A stretch of 61,781 nt of DNA, filler included, from Chloroflexota bacterium (GCA_043754535.1; 6 parts of 6 records of this genome joined end to end with filler, not necessarily neighbours in it); one strand, 5' to 3'; numbered from the whole stretch's first letter, positions 49,273-60,244 are shown. Numbers and translations: made by a program. The notes: a model not told the origin generated them from the letters alone.

Positions 49273-52026
49273 GAACTTCATACGGCTATCCACATCGCGG
49301 AACAGCCCCTCGCGGTTCTCAAAGTCGTAGAGGCTGACTAGCGCACCTTGCGCCACCAGATCGCGGAAGAAATCCTTAGTCGTATCGTCGGTGGCTATGC
49401 CGCTAGGGGTGACGCAGCCAACCTGTCCACTCGATGCGACCAGCAGCCGGTCAGTCTCGGCAAACACGGAGTAGGTGTTGATCCTACCTCTACCACAGAG
49501 TGGGAAACGCCCGCTGTTGGCTAGAAAGTGACGAAATCCATCTTGGCTTCTGGTTTCTGCCAAGTAGTCATTGTATAGATCAGGGTTGTAGTTACTGTCA
49601 CGCTCGTCTTTAAGTCTGTCAATCATCTGGTTGCGTACCGAGTCGTTACGTGCTTCGGAGATATCCGACCTGCCATGTGCGCTAAACCACTCCTCCTTTT
49701 TCAACTCAATGTGTTCCCAAGGCGCGTTACCGAGTACCACGTCGAAGCCGCCACTCCAACCGGCGGCCTCGTTCTCCGGCTTGCTCTCGCGCTTGAACAC
49801 GTCGGGGAAGGCCAGATGCCAGTGGAAGAACTTGTACTGCGCTGCCAGTTTGCCAACCCGCTGCACAACTGACCCAGCCAACGCCGCTTCGCCCAGCTTC
49901 GCAACCCGGCGCAGCACGCCATCAGTCAGATATGGCACGCCGGGGAGCCGGGGCCAGACGAAGGCCGCACACCAGGCATCGGCGTGGATCAACTCGCGGC
50001 GGTATTCCGAGTCGTGCAGGCTGGCATAGAAAAGCTGCTCTTTGCGCGTAACCTCATCTACCGTGCCGTTAGCGGCCTGCTCGACGGCCAGCCGCTCGTC
50101 CTCCAGACGATGCTGGTCGCCGACTTCGTTAAAGTAGGTCTGGCGCGAACCGTCGTCGTTGGGTCGTTCCTTCTTGTTCTGCTTCTTCGCCCGGCTCATC
50201 TCCTCGCGGTTGTCGCCGGTCAATTGAGCGAAGGCAGTCTCCGGCACCCCGGCTTTGAGTAGGCGCGGGGTTGCGCCAAACAGCGAGTTGCCGCACTGGA
50301 TGTGGTGGTCGAGCAAGTCAAGCGGCTTGCCCGGCTCCATCGCCTCCATCCAGAGCGCAACCTTGCACAGTTCCACCGCCATCGGGTTCTTGTCTATGCC
50401 ATAAATGCAATTGGTGATCACCTCGCGTCGGGCAGCAGCCAGGTGGCGGGGGGCTGGCTCCTCATCGCCGGTACGTAGTCGGGCCAGGTGCAGAGCCAGC
50501 CGCCGGGCCGCTCCAACCAGGAAGTGGCCGCTGCCACAGGAGGGGTCGCAAACCTTGAGCGCAAGCAGTGCGGCGATCTTCCCCTCTTTAGTCTGCGCTC
50601 CGTCCAGCGCATCCTTCACCACCGGGTCGAGCGCGGTGTCAAGCAGTTGGTTGACCAGATCGGGGTGGGTGTAGAAGCTACCGCTAGTCTTGCGCTCGTT
50701 GCCCGCCACCCGACCGAGGCGGAAGTTGTTGCCATCGTAACGGGGTTGCAGTTCGAGCAGCCCTTCGTAGATGCTGCCAAGCTCCTCGGTGTTGAGGTTC
50801 TTGTAGTCCACTACGCGGCGGGCGGTGCCGTCGTTGGTATAGGCGAGGGCAGCCACCGCCTCAAGCAAATGCTGGTTGTCGAGGGCGGCCATGTCCAAAT
50901 CAGGGGTCAGGCCATTGCGGAATGGACCGCCAAGTGGTCCTAGCGCGAGTGCCGGGCAGCCTTCCCGCTCTAGTGTCTGGAGCATAACAACCAATCCCGC
51001 GTAGAGGTCGGCATGACGGCCACTAACTGCCCCGATCCGACCAGCAAGCTGGCGGAGGCGACTGACCGAGTAATTGGCAACATATATTTCGCGGGCAGCA
51101 TCCGGGGCAGCGGGATCGAGGAGCAAGTCACGGTCTTCGGCAACTAGCAGAAAAATTAGGCGGTAGACCAGCAGCAGCAATTGGTGGTAGAAGTCGGCCA
51201 GCTTAAGCCCACCCCCACGCAAGCGGCTCAGTAGCTCGACATTAGCCAGATGGCTAACGAAGCCCTGACCGAGAACAGTGATTGCCTGCTCCACTCCCAC
51301 GCGCAGGTGGTCGAGGGCGCGCGTACCACGCACTTTGGCAACCTGCACCCAGTCCTCCAGGCGGCAGCGGCCACCATCACGTGGTTCTAGCCGTGACTGA
51401 TGAGTGAGCATCCAGAGCAGTGCGAAGTCGGGATAGAGATCATCACTCATGATCGCTTCCAGGTCGAACTCGACATAGGCCCGGCTGCTGAGACGCAGGT
51501 TGTCGCGCAGCAGCCGCAGCTTCCGCCCATTGCTGACGAAGCCCCAGAGGTGGTCGTCGCTGCGGTTGAGGAAGTCCTGTACCAGACTGTGGGGGCTGGT
51601 GCGGGCCGCACCGACAACACCGGCGGTGCGATCATCCAAATCGTAGTTCTTGCCGAGCAGGTGGATCGGCACATTGCCCCAAGAGTTGGAGATCGGGTAG
51701 AGGCGGTCGCCCAGGGGGATATTGGAGTGGGAGAATAGGCGGCCATAGCCCAGCACAGCAAACAGCGGTAGGAGCCACTGCTTGCGCGTATCGCCACTCT
51801 CCCCACTAGCCTTCTGGAAGTTGGCCCAGGGTACCTGCAACTGCCCCCAGGCCGCGCCGATCTGTTCGTTCAGGCGAGTGGTGCCAACCAGGTTGTAGTC
51901 GGCCTCACTGATCGCCAAGTCGCGGTCGCGGTCAATCACGCGGGCCAGCAGGTCGGCGGGGAGCAAAGCTCCCTCAGTGTGTACGGTGCTGAAAGTGCTA
52001 CGCTGGCGGGTGTACATGGTTGTCAC
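49273..52026 (-). CDS. Type IIG/Eco57I-like N6-adenine DNA methyltransferase (DrmMI-like), 3' truncated
   Basis: ELGSIYEGLLE, RKTSGSFYT, DPSCGSGHFL, FDVVLGNAPW. Confidence 0.9.
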
Positions 52027-52044
52027 TCTCTACATGATGATTAG

Positions 52045-54912
52045 CTAATCGGCGGGTAGGTAGAGGTAGATACCGAGCAAGTCAGGCGGCTTATAGCCCT
52101 CGATCCGGTAGCTACGACCGCCGCGCCCACTCGACTCGCGCACTCGGCGGTGGGCAGCCAGCAGTTCGTCGCGCCGCTCATCCACCATCCGGCTAAGGGC
52201 AGGCTCAAGCAGGCCATATTCATCAAGGCTGCTTTGCAGGAACATACCAACATCTTTAGGTGCGATGTTCTCGTCAGGGCTAAGGTCAAGTAGCTGCTCA
52301 GCCTGCTCAGGGGAGAGCAGTTCCGGCTCATCAGGAGTACCCTTGAAGGCAAGTAGGTAGCAATCCTCGGCCAGCGCAGTGTGTTCTACTCCCTTAATGA
52401 CGGTGGTGAGATTGAAGCGGAGGCGGAGCATTAGCATGGTGGTGAGGCGATCAACCTTGCGGCTGCGGATCACCCCACAACGACGCGCAATCGCCTTCGC
52501 CAATGGATCAAGGGCGGTGTCCAAAACATACCCTGCCAACCCTTCTACCAATGGATGAGTACGGCTGAGGTAGATTTCGCCAGGGCGCACCGGCAATTCA
52601 AAGCGGACGCGCAAGTGAGTGGCATCCTGGCCTATGCTAGCCGCACAGATTTCGCGTACAGCAGTAGGGGTGTTACGCAGATCAATCTCCGTCACCCTAC
52701 CACTAGAAACTGCTGCGCCGAGGTCGCCTAGCGCGTCAGTGGTGAAGCGTTGGACATCGGCCCCGGAGCCAATAGCGGCCTGGACTGCCGCCAATTCGCG
52801 GACTACATCCTCGACCTTGATCGTCTGCTGGGCGAAGATGGTGCGCGAACGTTTCTCACGCTGCTCGGCAGCTTCCCAGCGGCGGTGCATCTCAGTGGCA
52901 CTAACCTCACTGGTCGTCGTCAGAATGTCCTCCAGCACCATCTGACCCGCTGCCTGCTGGCGGCTGGCCGCTCCGCCCCGTAGCCTATTGACGACTGCCA
53001 GCGCAACCTCTTGCGCGTCCATCGGCACCGGCACCGATATGCCCAGCCGCGAACGGATCACTCGATGCTTCTTAATCAACACGTCTAGCACAATACCATC
53101 AATCTGGTTGTCCACCCCATAGATGGTGATGGTCTTGACCTGCGGGCTAGGCTGACCGTAGCGGTCAACGCGCCCTTCCCGCTGTTCATGGCGGGTGGGG
53201 TTCCAGGAGAGGTCGTAGTGGACGACTGCATCGAAGTAGCTTTGCAGGTTGACCCCTTCACTGAGGCAGTCGGTGCAGACGAGTACACGCTGAGGTTGTG
53301 CGCCAAGCTCCAGGATGCGCTGTTGCCGCTCCTCCGGCGGTAGTGTGCCGGTAATTGCCTCCACTGCTACCCCCTTGAGCCTGCGCCGCAGCTCCTCGGC
53401 TACATACTCGGCAGTGGGGATGAAGCGGCAGAAGACAATTGGGTTGTAGCCCTCCTTGCGTAGACTCACCACCTGATCAATCAGCAGCTTGAGCTTGCTA
53501 TCAGGCTCGCCCATCAGCCGTTCGGCATCACGGGCCATATCCAGTAGATGCGCCCGATTGCTGGCACTATCTGCCACGTTCTCCCCTTCGTCCGCACCAG
53601 GGGCAACATCCAGCATCAGGCCCGCTTCCTCCTCGCCAAGATCAAGTACCGTACGCCGTCCAATATCCTCCACTTCAGCTATATCTGTAGCGTCGGCAAC
53701 AGCGGCGCGATTCCGCAGGGTGGCGACCGCAGCGGCGGGGCTGCTAGCGACCGAGCGTAGCAATGCCACTGCTGACCACCAACGAATCTGTTGCTGGAAG
53801 ACGGTGCCGCTGGTGTCCTCCACCCGCCCACGTGCGTAACGCAGGACACGATCAAACAAGCGGCGGTAAGGTTCGCTCAAGCGGTATGGCTGGTCGCCGC
53901 CGTCCTTACGCTCTGGGAAGGGAGTGTCGTCCAGGTAAGCCTTGATGTCAGGCCGTCGCCGCTGTACCAAATGGCGGGCCAACTCTTTCCGCAACTCAGG
54001 GGTGAGCCAGCGGTCGTCGGTCTCATCTTCGCCTCCTGCCCCGAACTTCTCGTCCAAGAGGGCAAGCAACGAGCGAAAGGCCGACTCGTTGCCACTGTGC
54101 GGGGTGGCGGTTAGCAGGAGCAGGTGACGGTTCGCGTCGGCAGCTAGATCGCGGAGTAGCTGGTGGCGTTGTTGCCTCCCGCCCGCTCCACCATAGCCCG
54201 CCGCGCAGGTGTGGGCCTCGTCCACGATCACCAATTCAGGACAAGTACGCACGAAGTCGCGCCGCCGCCGTTCGTTCTTGATGAAGTCGGTGGAAACGAC
54301 AGTAAAGGGATGTTCCTCAAATAGCGTTTTGCCCAAGTCGAGACCGCGCTCCAGCCGGTTGACGGTGCTGGCAAGTACCAGTTCAGTCTGGATGTGGAAC
54401 TTGTCGCGCAACTCGGTCTGCCACTGCTCGGCCAAGTGTGGGGGGCAGAGTACGGTTAGCCGCCTGACCTCACCACGATCCAGCAGTTCGCGGATGATCA
54501 GCCCAGCCTCAATCGTCTTGCCCACACCGACATCATCGGCGATCAGCAGGCGCACTGGGTCGAGCTTGAGAGCCATAAGGAGCGGCACAAACTGGTATGG
54601 ACGTGGCTCCACCCCCAAGCGGGCGAACGAGCGGAATGGTCCGGCACTGGAGCGAAAGCCGAGGCGCACGGCATTGCGAAGCAGGCGCGACGAGCGATGG
54701 TCAGGCCGTTTCTCATCCTCGCCATCCGCATCATTCAGGCTGGGCGGGGCGAAGCTGGCCGCCGTCACCTTCTCTAGTGGCAAGTAGATGCCTGTCACTT
54801 CAGCATCACTGCCGCCTAGCGGGCGCAGCATCAGCAAATCCCTGTTCGAGTCGGGTAGCACTACCCAATCTCTACCCCGCGCCCGCACTAGCGAGCCGAT
54901 GTTGTAGTTCAT
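52045..54912 (-). CDS. SNF2-family helicase (DrmD-like)
   Basis: LLIADDVGVGKTIEAG, VDEAH, LTATPHSG, EGVNLQ, WNPTRHEQREGRVDRYGQ. Confidence 0.92.
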   Translation of the reverse strand: MNYNIGSLVRARGRDWVVLPDSNRDLLMLRPLGGSDAEVTGIYLPLEKVTAASFAPPSLNDADGEDEKRPDHRSSRLLRNAVRLGFRSSAGPFRSFARLGVEPRPYQFVPLLMALKLDPVRLLIADDVGVGKTIEAGLIIRELLDRGEVRRLTVLCPPHLAEQWQTELRDKFHIQTELVLASTVNRLERGLDLGKTLFEEHPFTVVSTDFIKNERRRRDFVRTCPELVIVDEAHTCAAGYGGAGGRQQRHQLLRDLAADANRHLLLLTATPHSGNESAFRSLLALLDEKFGAGGEDETDDRWLTPELRKELARHLVQRRRPDIKAYLDDTPFPERKDGGDQPYRLSEPYRRLFDRVLRYARGRVEDTSGTVFQQQIRWWSAVALLRSVASSPAAAVATLRNRAAVADATDIAEVEDIGRRTVLDLGEEEAGLMLDVAPGADEGENVADSASNRAHLLDMARDAERLMGEPDSKLKLLIDQVVSLRKEGYNPIVFCRFIPTAEYVAEELRRRLKGVAVEAITGTLPPEERQQRILELGAQPQRVLVCTDCLSEGVNLQSYFDAVVHYDLSWNPTRHEQREGRVDRYGQPSPQVKTITIYGVDNQIDGIVLDVLIKKHRVIRSRLGISVPVPMDAQEVALAVVNRLRGGAASRQQAAGQMVLEDILTTTSEVSATEMHRRWEAAEQREKRSRTIFAQQTIKVEDVVRELAAVQAAIGSGADVQRFTTDALGDLGAAVSSGRVTEIDLRNTPTAVREICAASIGQDATHLRVRFELPVRPGEIYLSRTHPLVEGLAGYVLDTALDPLAKAIARRCGVIRSRKVDRLTTMLMLRLRFNLTTVIKGVEHTALAEDCYLLAFKGTPDEPELLSPEQAEQLLDLSPDENIAPKDVGMFLQSSLDEYGLLEPALSRMVDERRDELLAAHRRVRESSGRGGRSYRIEGYKPPDLLGIYLYLPAD

Positions 54913-55555
54913 TGGTGTGTCTCCCCAAAGATGTGTTGATTACTGCCAAAGGCGGCGGCCCAACTCTCCTCATCTGAGCCAAAGCGGATCACGCTCCAGC
55001 CTTGGTCGCGGTAGGCACGTAGCTTATCTAGATCGCGGTTAGCTTGCTGCTCGTCACCATCTATATAAATGGCAACCTTAGCATAAGCAAAGTCAGGGGT
55101 TGCGCTAGCACAACGTGGTAGGGTAGGTTGCACCTGGTCAGGCAAACGTAGGCCATGCCGCTGCACATAATCCAACCAGCGGGCAGCAAGGTTAGCGTCA
55201 ATGTCAAGAGCATTAGTAGACCTAGTATCAGTGAGGCTGGCAACAACCGCAGAAGTGGTAGCCGCAGCCTGCTCGTGCGTGGTTGCCTGTGTAAGGCGTA
55301 GCAGCAGGTTGTGACTAGCAAAGCGATCAAGCAGTTCATGGTGGATTTGGTTCTGGTAGTTAAGCAAGCAGTTATAACAGGCAGCCTCGCAATCCTCACG
55401 AGCATTGACGGCACGGTGCTGATCGGCCCCTGTTAGTGGGTCAAAGTGGCAGACCTCAAGTGCACGTGCTGCCACACGTGCTACTGCACCTGGTTCACCC
55501 AGCAAACGGTGAAGAACACCAGCCCCGCCCTCTGCCGCCTCGTAGAGCAGGATCA
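54909..55555 (-). CDS. C-terminus of a DUF1998-containing DEAD/DEAH helicase with nuclease-like tail (5' truncated)
   Basis: LYEAAEGGAGVL...CHF...CEAACYNCLLNYQNQ zinc motif, then PDF...IYIDG...GWSVIRF. Confidence 0.82.
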
Positions 55556-55655
55556 NNNNNNNNNNNNNNNNNNNNNNNNNNNNNNNNNNNNNNNNNNNNT
55601 TAATTAATTAANNNNNNNNNNNNNNNNNNNNNNNNNNNNNNNNNNNNNNNNNNNN

Positions 55656-56073
55656 CACGCCAGACGATCTCTGGCCGAGAGTGCTTGAGGCGCGACTGCG
55701 GCAACTGAAGGACGAAGGTGCAGCTGGGTGCTTGGCGAAGATGACCTGGGCCGAGGTGATCACCATGTTCTCAGACTTTGCCGACGAAGGGGGCAGCATC
55801 GGCGACGGCGTAACCCGCGCCTACAGCTACGCCTTTATCCAAGAGTTTGAGGCCGCAGGCGAAGGCGACAAAATCGCCCCCTCGATGCGCGAAGAAGCGG
55901 CCCGCCTGGGCGAGTACGAACTGCTCGACCTCGAAGGGATGCGCGGCAGGCTCAGGCAGAAGCAGCTAGAAGCCTACCGCAAGGTGAGCAAGCAAGGCGG
56001 TGCAGCCATGCCGATCTCAACCCGGCTGGCCGAACTGGTACGCCTGCTTGAGAGCGAGGAGGTAGAGCCATGA
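55656..56073 (+). CDS. Hypothetical protein (5' truncated)
   Basis: Open from the contig start; ATGA overlap with the next gene. Confidence 0.55.
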
Positions 56074-56999
56074 GCAAGAAACAAGTAATCGTCCCGACCG
56101 ATCCCCACGAGGCGATCCGCTTCATCACACGCCAGACCCAGCAGGCGACCGCGATCCTGGGCCTGCATGGGCGCGACTTGTGGCGTAGGTTCGTGGACAG
56201 CCTGCTTGCCTTCATGCGCGGGGACGCTGCCGAGTACGAACGCATTGCCACCGAGCTGGCCCCTGCCGAGCAGCATCTGGGGGCGGTCGTGCGCTGTCTG
56301 TTCGAGCAAGCCGACCGCAGCTACTATGACCTCCTCGGCCCAATACACATGGAGTTCGGGGCGAACAAAGGAGCCGGGCAGTTCTTCACGCCGTTCGAGG
56401 TGTCCCGCATGATGGCCCGGCTCCAGATTGGGGCTGGGGAGGGGCTAGCCAGCTTCGACCCGGCCAACCCCTGCCGCATCAACGATCCAGCGGTTGGCTC
56501 TGGGGGGATGTTGCTCGCGGCGGCAGAGGTGATCGCCGACCTGGGATTGGAGGATCGCTTGCACGACGGCACGATCCTGTTCTACGCGCAGGATGTTGAC
56601 CCGCTTTGTGCGGCAATGACTGAACTCAACTTCCGGCTACACAAGCTGGCAGGCTACGTGGCCTGCGCCAACACGCTGACCGACCCTGACCCCTGGGCCG
56701 ACCCGACCAGGACCCGCTATATCGAGCCAGCGGCGATCACGATCCAACGCTACCGGCAGGCGGCTAGGGCGGGGCTGATCCGGGACGAACTTGGCCTACT
56801 GGCTGCGCCGGAGGTTGCAGAGGCTGCCATCTCAGCCGCCGAAGTCAGGCCAGCCGCAAGCCTGGTTGACGTATCGCCCACCGAGGGGCTGCCACTAGCT
56901 TCCCTACCTCGCCGTGCCTCAGCCACCTCCGTTCGGCGACGTGGCGGCAGCAACCTGACGATGCCGTTGCCGCTACCTGATGAGGAGCAAGCGGCCTGA
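56070..56999 (+). CDS. N-6 DNA methylase-like protein (short mobile-element type)
   Basis: GQFFTP, NDPAVGSGGMLLA, YAQDVD; no NPP(Y/F) motif visible. Confidence 0.8.
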   Translation: MSKKQVIVPTDPHEAIRFITRQTQQATAILGLHGRDLWRRFVDSLLAFMRGDAAEYERIATELAPAEQHLGAVVRCLFEQADRSYYDLLGPIHMEFGANKGAGQFFTPFEVSRMMARLQIGAGEGLASFDPANPCRINDPAVGSGGMLLAAAEVIADLGLEDRLHDGTILFYAQDVDPLCAAMTELNFRLHKLAGYVACANTLTDPDPWADPTRTRYIEPAAITIQRYRQAARAGLIRDELGLLAAPEVAEAAISAAEVRPAASLVDVSPTEGLPLASLPRRASATSVRRRGGSNLTMPLPLPDEEQAA

Positions 57000-57031
57000 A
57001 CCTTCTGCAATCCCCAACACGCATTGGATGC

Positions 57032-57060
57032 TTGACTAATGCACAATGATAATGTATAAT
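57032..57060 (+). promoter_or_regulatory. Sigma70 promoter
   Basis: TTGACT-17 nt-TATAAT. Confidence 0.7.
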
Positions 57061-57197
57061 AAAGCAGGGTTGTGGTTTGCTCAGGGCCAGCACTTCACAA
57101 CCCACCGATACTTGAATTGACGTATGGCAAGCAGCCTTGCCACCCAACTAACTCAAGCGAACCTCGGCACTAACTTCACGCGAAAGAGAGCAGAGCA

Positions 57198-57980
57198 ATG
57201 ATGCAAACAACTAACATAACGGGCAACGTGACTGTCGAGTGGGTCGGTCACAACACTGGGGGGAGCCGTGATGCGGTCTGGGCTGGCTGCGCGACCGACA
57301 CAGGTGAGTACGTCGCCATCTATGGTCGGCGGGGCAGCAAGCTGCAAGAGGATCGCCAACAGTTCCCGAACGGTACGCAGGCGCAGGCCCAACTCACAAA
57401 GAAAGTGATCGAGAAGCGAGGCAAGGGCTACGTGGTCGCACCGTTCGACGATGCCAACATTGGGGTCGCCAGCTTCGCCCAGGCCAGCCAGTCAGGGCAG
57501 CCCACCGCGCCGACCCGTGATGGTACGGTAGTGTACCTGGACACACCCTTGTCAGTGCCGCCTGCTGCGGTGGTGGCAGCCCCGGAAGCTGCAACGCCGG
57601 TTACGCCGCCCCCGCGACCACTGCCAGCCGCGCCGCGCCACCAGGTACAGGTGTTGCCCACCCCGCACCTGGACAGCGTACAACTGGAGGGGCTAGCCCT
57701 GAGCCAGTTGGTCGCGCCCTACCTGGTAGCGGTAGATGGCACGACCCACACTATAGTGCTGGCGCAGGACGGCTCGGCCTTCGACTACGTAAGCGATCAG
57801 CAGTTCATGGTCGCGCAGAGTGGGCAGTGCCAGTGTGGGGTAGCGGAGTGCGGCCACGTCGCGGCGTACCAGGCCGCTCGGCAGGTGGTGGTTAGCTGCG
57901 CCCTGATCGTTCCAGCGGGGCCACGCCCCTACTGTGGGCTGCTCTACAATGCGGCCAGTGGTTGCCAGGGCAGCCACTGA
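57198..57980 (+). CDS. WGR-domain protein with SWIM-type zinc finger
   Basis: YGRRGSKLQ...EKRGKGY (WGR), CQCGVAECGH (SWIM). Confidence 0.7.
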   Translation: MMQTTNITGNVTVEWVGHNTGGSRDAVWAGCATDTGEYVAIYGRRGSKLQEDRQQFPNGTQAQAQLTKKVIEKRGKGYVVAPFDDANIGVASFAQASQSGQPTAPTRDGTVVYLDTPLSVPPAAVVAAPEAATPVTPPPRPLPAAPRHQVQVLPTPHLDSVQLEGLALSQLVAPYLVAVDGTTHTIVLAQDGSAFDYVSDQQFMVAQSGQCQCGVAECGHVAAYQAARQVVVSCALIVPAGPRPYCGLLYNAASGCQGSH

Positions 57981-58029
57981 GGCTGGCGTGTGCGTCCTCT
58001 ACCTTGTCCCGACCTCGATTGCTCAACCA

Positions 58030-58265
58030 CCGTCTTGCTCCTTTCGGCTTTGTACGTAAGATAGACCGGCTTTTACCCGCTGACCATTGATGCTGTCGCT
58101 GGTTGGCACTCTGGCCGAAGTCCAGTCCTTGACGAATGTTCCTGACATCGCCAATCGCTAGGGTCTGTACGCCTGCCTGGTGCAGCGTAGAGACAAGTTT
58201 GCTGGTTTGCTTGTGTTCAATGTCGCATATCTGGTTCTTTAGTTTGGTTAGTTGCAGCCGCTTGG
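58030..58265 (-). pseudogene. tnpB: IS200/IS605 tnpB internal fragment, frameshifted
   Basis: Minus strand KLKNQICDIEHKQTSKLV...LAIGDVRNIR...ANQRQHQWSAGK, then in another frame YLTYKAE. Confidence 0.7.
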
Positions 58266-58518
58266 TAGCCGCCGTCCTGGGCGAAGCGGGCAGCGGCCCG
58301 CTGGAGGGCCAGCAGCCTTGCCCGGCTTGCCTGTGAGCCAGCGGCGTGCATCGTCCTGCGTGGCATCTGCGCGGCTCGATCTAGGGGGTGGAGCCGCATT
58401 GTGCGCGTCGCGGTCGGCGATCAGGCTGGCGATCATGGCTACGCTCCTCCCTAACTAGGTCGGGGTCGGGTGGGCCTCTCCTCCACCGTTCCCCGCTCAT
58501 CTGGTTGTGGTATGCTAG

Positions 58519-59469
58519 CTACCGGCGCACGGAGGTCGGGGTTGCTTTACCGTTAAGCGTGTCAATGAAGCGACTGGCTTCCGGCTTAGTTAGGGCTTCA
58601 GGCTTGCGCTTGAAAGTCTCAATGCACAAGGCTGTAACCCCGGCCTTATCCAACCCCCGCTTGCTGCGGCCTGCTGCGTAGATCGTGTTGATCTGGCTCT
58701 CGGTAGCAGGCACAACGTTGCCGCCACCTCCATTGTTGCTGTTGCCGTTGTAGCTACTCTGGTTGCTGCGGGCTGGGGGTTGCTGCCGTTCCTGCTGCAA
58801 ATAACCAAGATCGGGGTCTTCGTAGCCCTCATAGTCAGCAGCCAGCGGCACGCCTGCGATCATCGCGCCCGGTGCGCCACCGATGATCTGGAAGAACGCC
58901 AGCCGCGCCTTTTGCCGCTTGTTGCCTGACCAACGCAGGCCGATAGACAGGCCGTAGCTGGACACGACGCGGGCAAACCCCTGCGCCCACGCATTGGTTA
59001 CAGCATCCATGCGCTCGGCTGGTCTACGCTTGAGCAGGTAGTTGCCGTTCTTGCCCAGCAGCAATACCCCATTGTCGCGTTCCCAGCCGTAGCCGTAAGG
59101 AGCGGTTTGCCCATCGGGGGTGATGTCCGGCACGTAGGGGTTTTCAGTGCCGAAGTTGTCGCGGCGCACCCAGCCGCGATCCGAGGTCGGGATGTAGACG
59201 CTGACCCGCACCGACACCTGCCCTAGCGGGCCAATGAAGGGCTGGCTTGAGGTGGTCAGAAAACCGGAAGCGCAATGTTCCAGCAAACCTACCAGAAACC
59301 AGACATGAATGTAACTCAAGTTGGTGTTGCCAGCTGGCACAGTGTCGATCATGTCCTGTGGGATGTCCCGCCACAGCTGTTCGATAATCTCGTCATAGGT
59401 GCGACTGCCTGCCGGGATCGGCGGCAACTGCACCGCCTCATCGGTCTGGTTGATCGGTAGATTGTCCAT
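58519..59469 (-). CDS. Rad52/Sak-like single-strand annealing protein (putative)
   Basis: LSYIHVWFL...RRDNFGTE...NAWAQGFARVVSSYGL Rad52-like pattern; C-terminal ATESQ...ASRFIDTL module; GAGGAGG RBS. Confidence 0.55.
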   Translation of the reverse strand: MDNLPINQTDEAVQLPPIPAGSRTYDEIIEQLWRDIPQDMIDTVPAGNTNLSYIHVWFLVGLLEHCASGFLTTSSQPFIGPLGQVSVRVSVYIPTSDRGWVRRDNFGTENPYVPDITPDGQTAPYGYGWERDNGVLLLGKNGNYLLKRRPAERMDAVTNAWAQGFARVVSSYGLSIGLRWSGNKRQKARLAFFQIIGGAPGAMIAGVPLAADYEGYEDPDLGYLQQERQQPPARSNQSSYNGNSNNGGGGNVVPATESQINTIYAAGRSKRGLDKAGVTALCIETFKRKPEALTKPEASRFIDTLNGKATPTSVRR

Positions 59470-59539
59470 AGTTCCTCCTCGGTGGCAACGGCCACTTGCT
59501 GTTAGGTGCTACGATAAGAGGGCAACCGCGCCGTCAGAA

Positions 59540-59648
59540 CCGGCAGCACGGCTACGCATAGGTGATTAGACGACGTAGTTGCTCACCTCATCCGGCAGCA
59601 CGGCTACGCATAGGTGATTAGACGACGTAGTTGCTCACCTCATCCGGC
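59540..59648. repeat. Perfect 52-bp tandem duplication
   Basis: CCGGCAGCACGGCTACGCATAGGTGATTAGACGACGTAGTTGCTCACCTCAT at 59540 and 59592, followed by a partial third CCGGC. Confidence 0.92.
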
Positions 59649-60028
59649 TGGACTTGCTCGGCGGGCAGGGCAGACGCAGATGCATCAATTGCCTTGAGAC
59701 GCACGATCAGGTAAACCGCCTCGGCGACTGCGTTCTGGCGGGCCAGTTCCAGCTTGGTTGCATCAAGCTCGCTGATCAACCGCTGATACTCTGCATCTAC
59801 AACCAGCATTGCGGTGGCAGCAGCGGCACGCTGTTCAGCGTTCTTGCCATCTACCTTGAGGGCGGAAGCCGCCTCCGCGACGGTGATATTGCGGGTAAGG
59901 GTGGCAATCAGTCGCTTCTGTTCTGCCGCCTGGTTGAGGCTGCTCACCAGAGCCGCAACCAGAGCGCAGCCTGGTAGGTCAGCCGGGATCAACTTGCTTA
60001 CGGTGCTATTCAGTTCGTTTGCGTTCAT
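59618..60028 (-). CDS. Hypothetical helical protein (phage-like)
   Basis: AAGGAG RBS, own promoter; GKNAEQRAA motif. Confidence 0.7.
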   Translation of the reverse strand: MNANELNSTVSKLIPADLPGCALVAALVSSLNQAAEQKRLIATLTRNITVAEAASALKVDGKNAEQRAAAATAMLVVDAEYQRLISELDATKLELARQNAVAEAVYLIVRLKAIDASASALPAEQVQPDEVSNYVV

Positions 60029-60067
60029 CGGTTTCTCCTTGCAGTTTGGGTTCGGTTCGTTGTTACA

Positions 60068-60096
60068 ATTATATCATATTGTTTTGCTTTTGTCAA
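60068..60096 (-). promoter_or_regulatory. Consensus sigma70 promoter
   Basis: TTGACA-17 nt-TATAAT with extended TG on the minus strand. Confidence 0.85.
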
Positions 60097-60244
60097 TATC
60101 ACAATAGCAATTTAGCTGGGTCAGATGGAGAGCAACAGCCGGTTAAGGGCGGGAACCATAGCACCGATGCGGCTTTAGCCGCAGCCGACAACAATCAACT
60201 CCCTGCCGCTGAAGTTGGCAGGGGGTTGGCGATAGCAAGCCGGG

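Noticed and set aside
59540..59648. Possible mini-CRISPR array
   Set aside because: Head-to-tail duplication with no spacers and no cas genes
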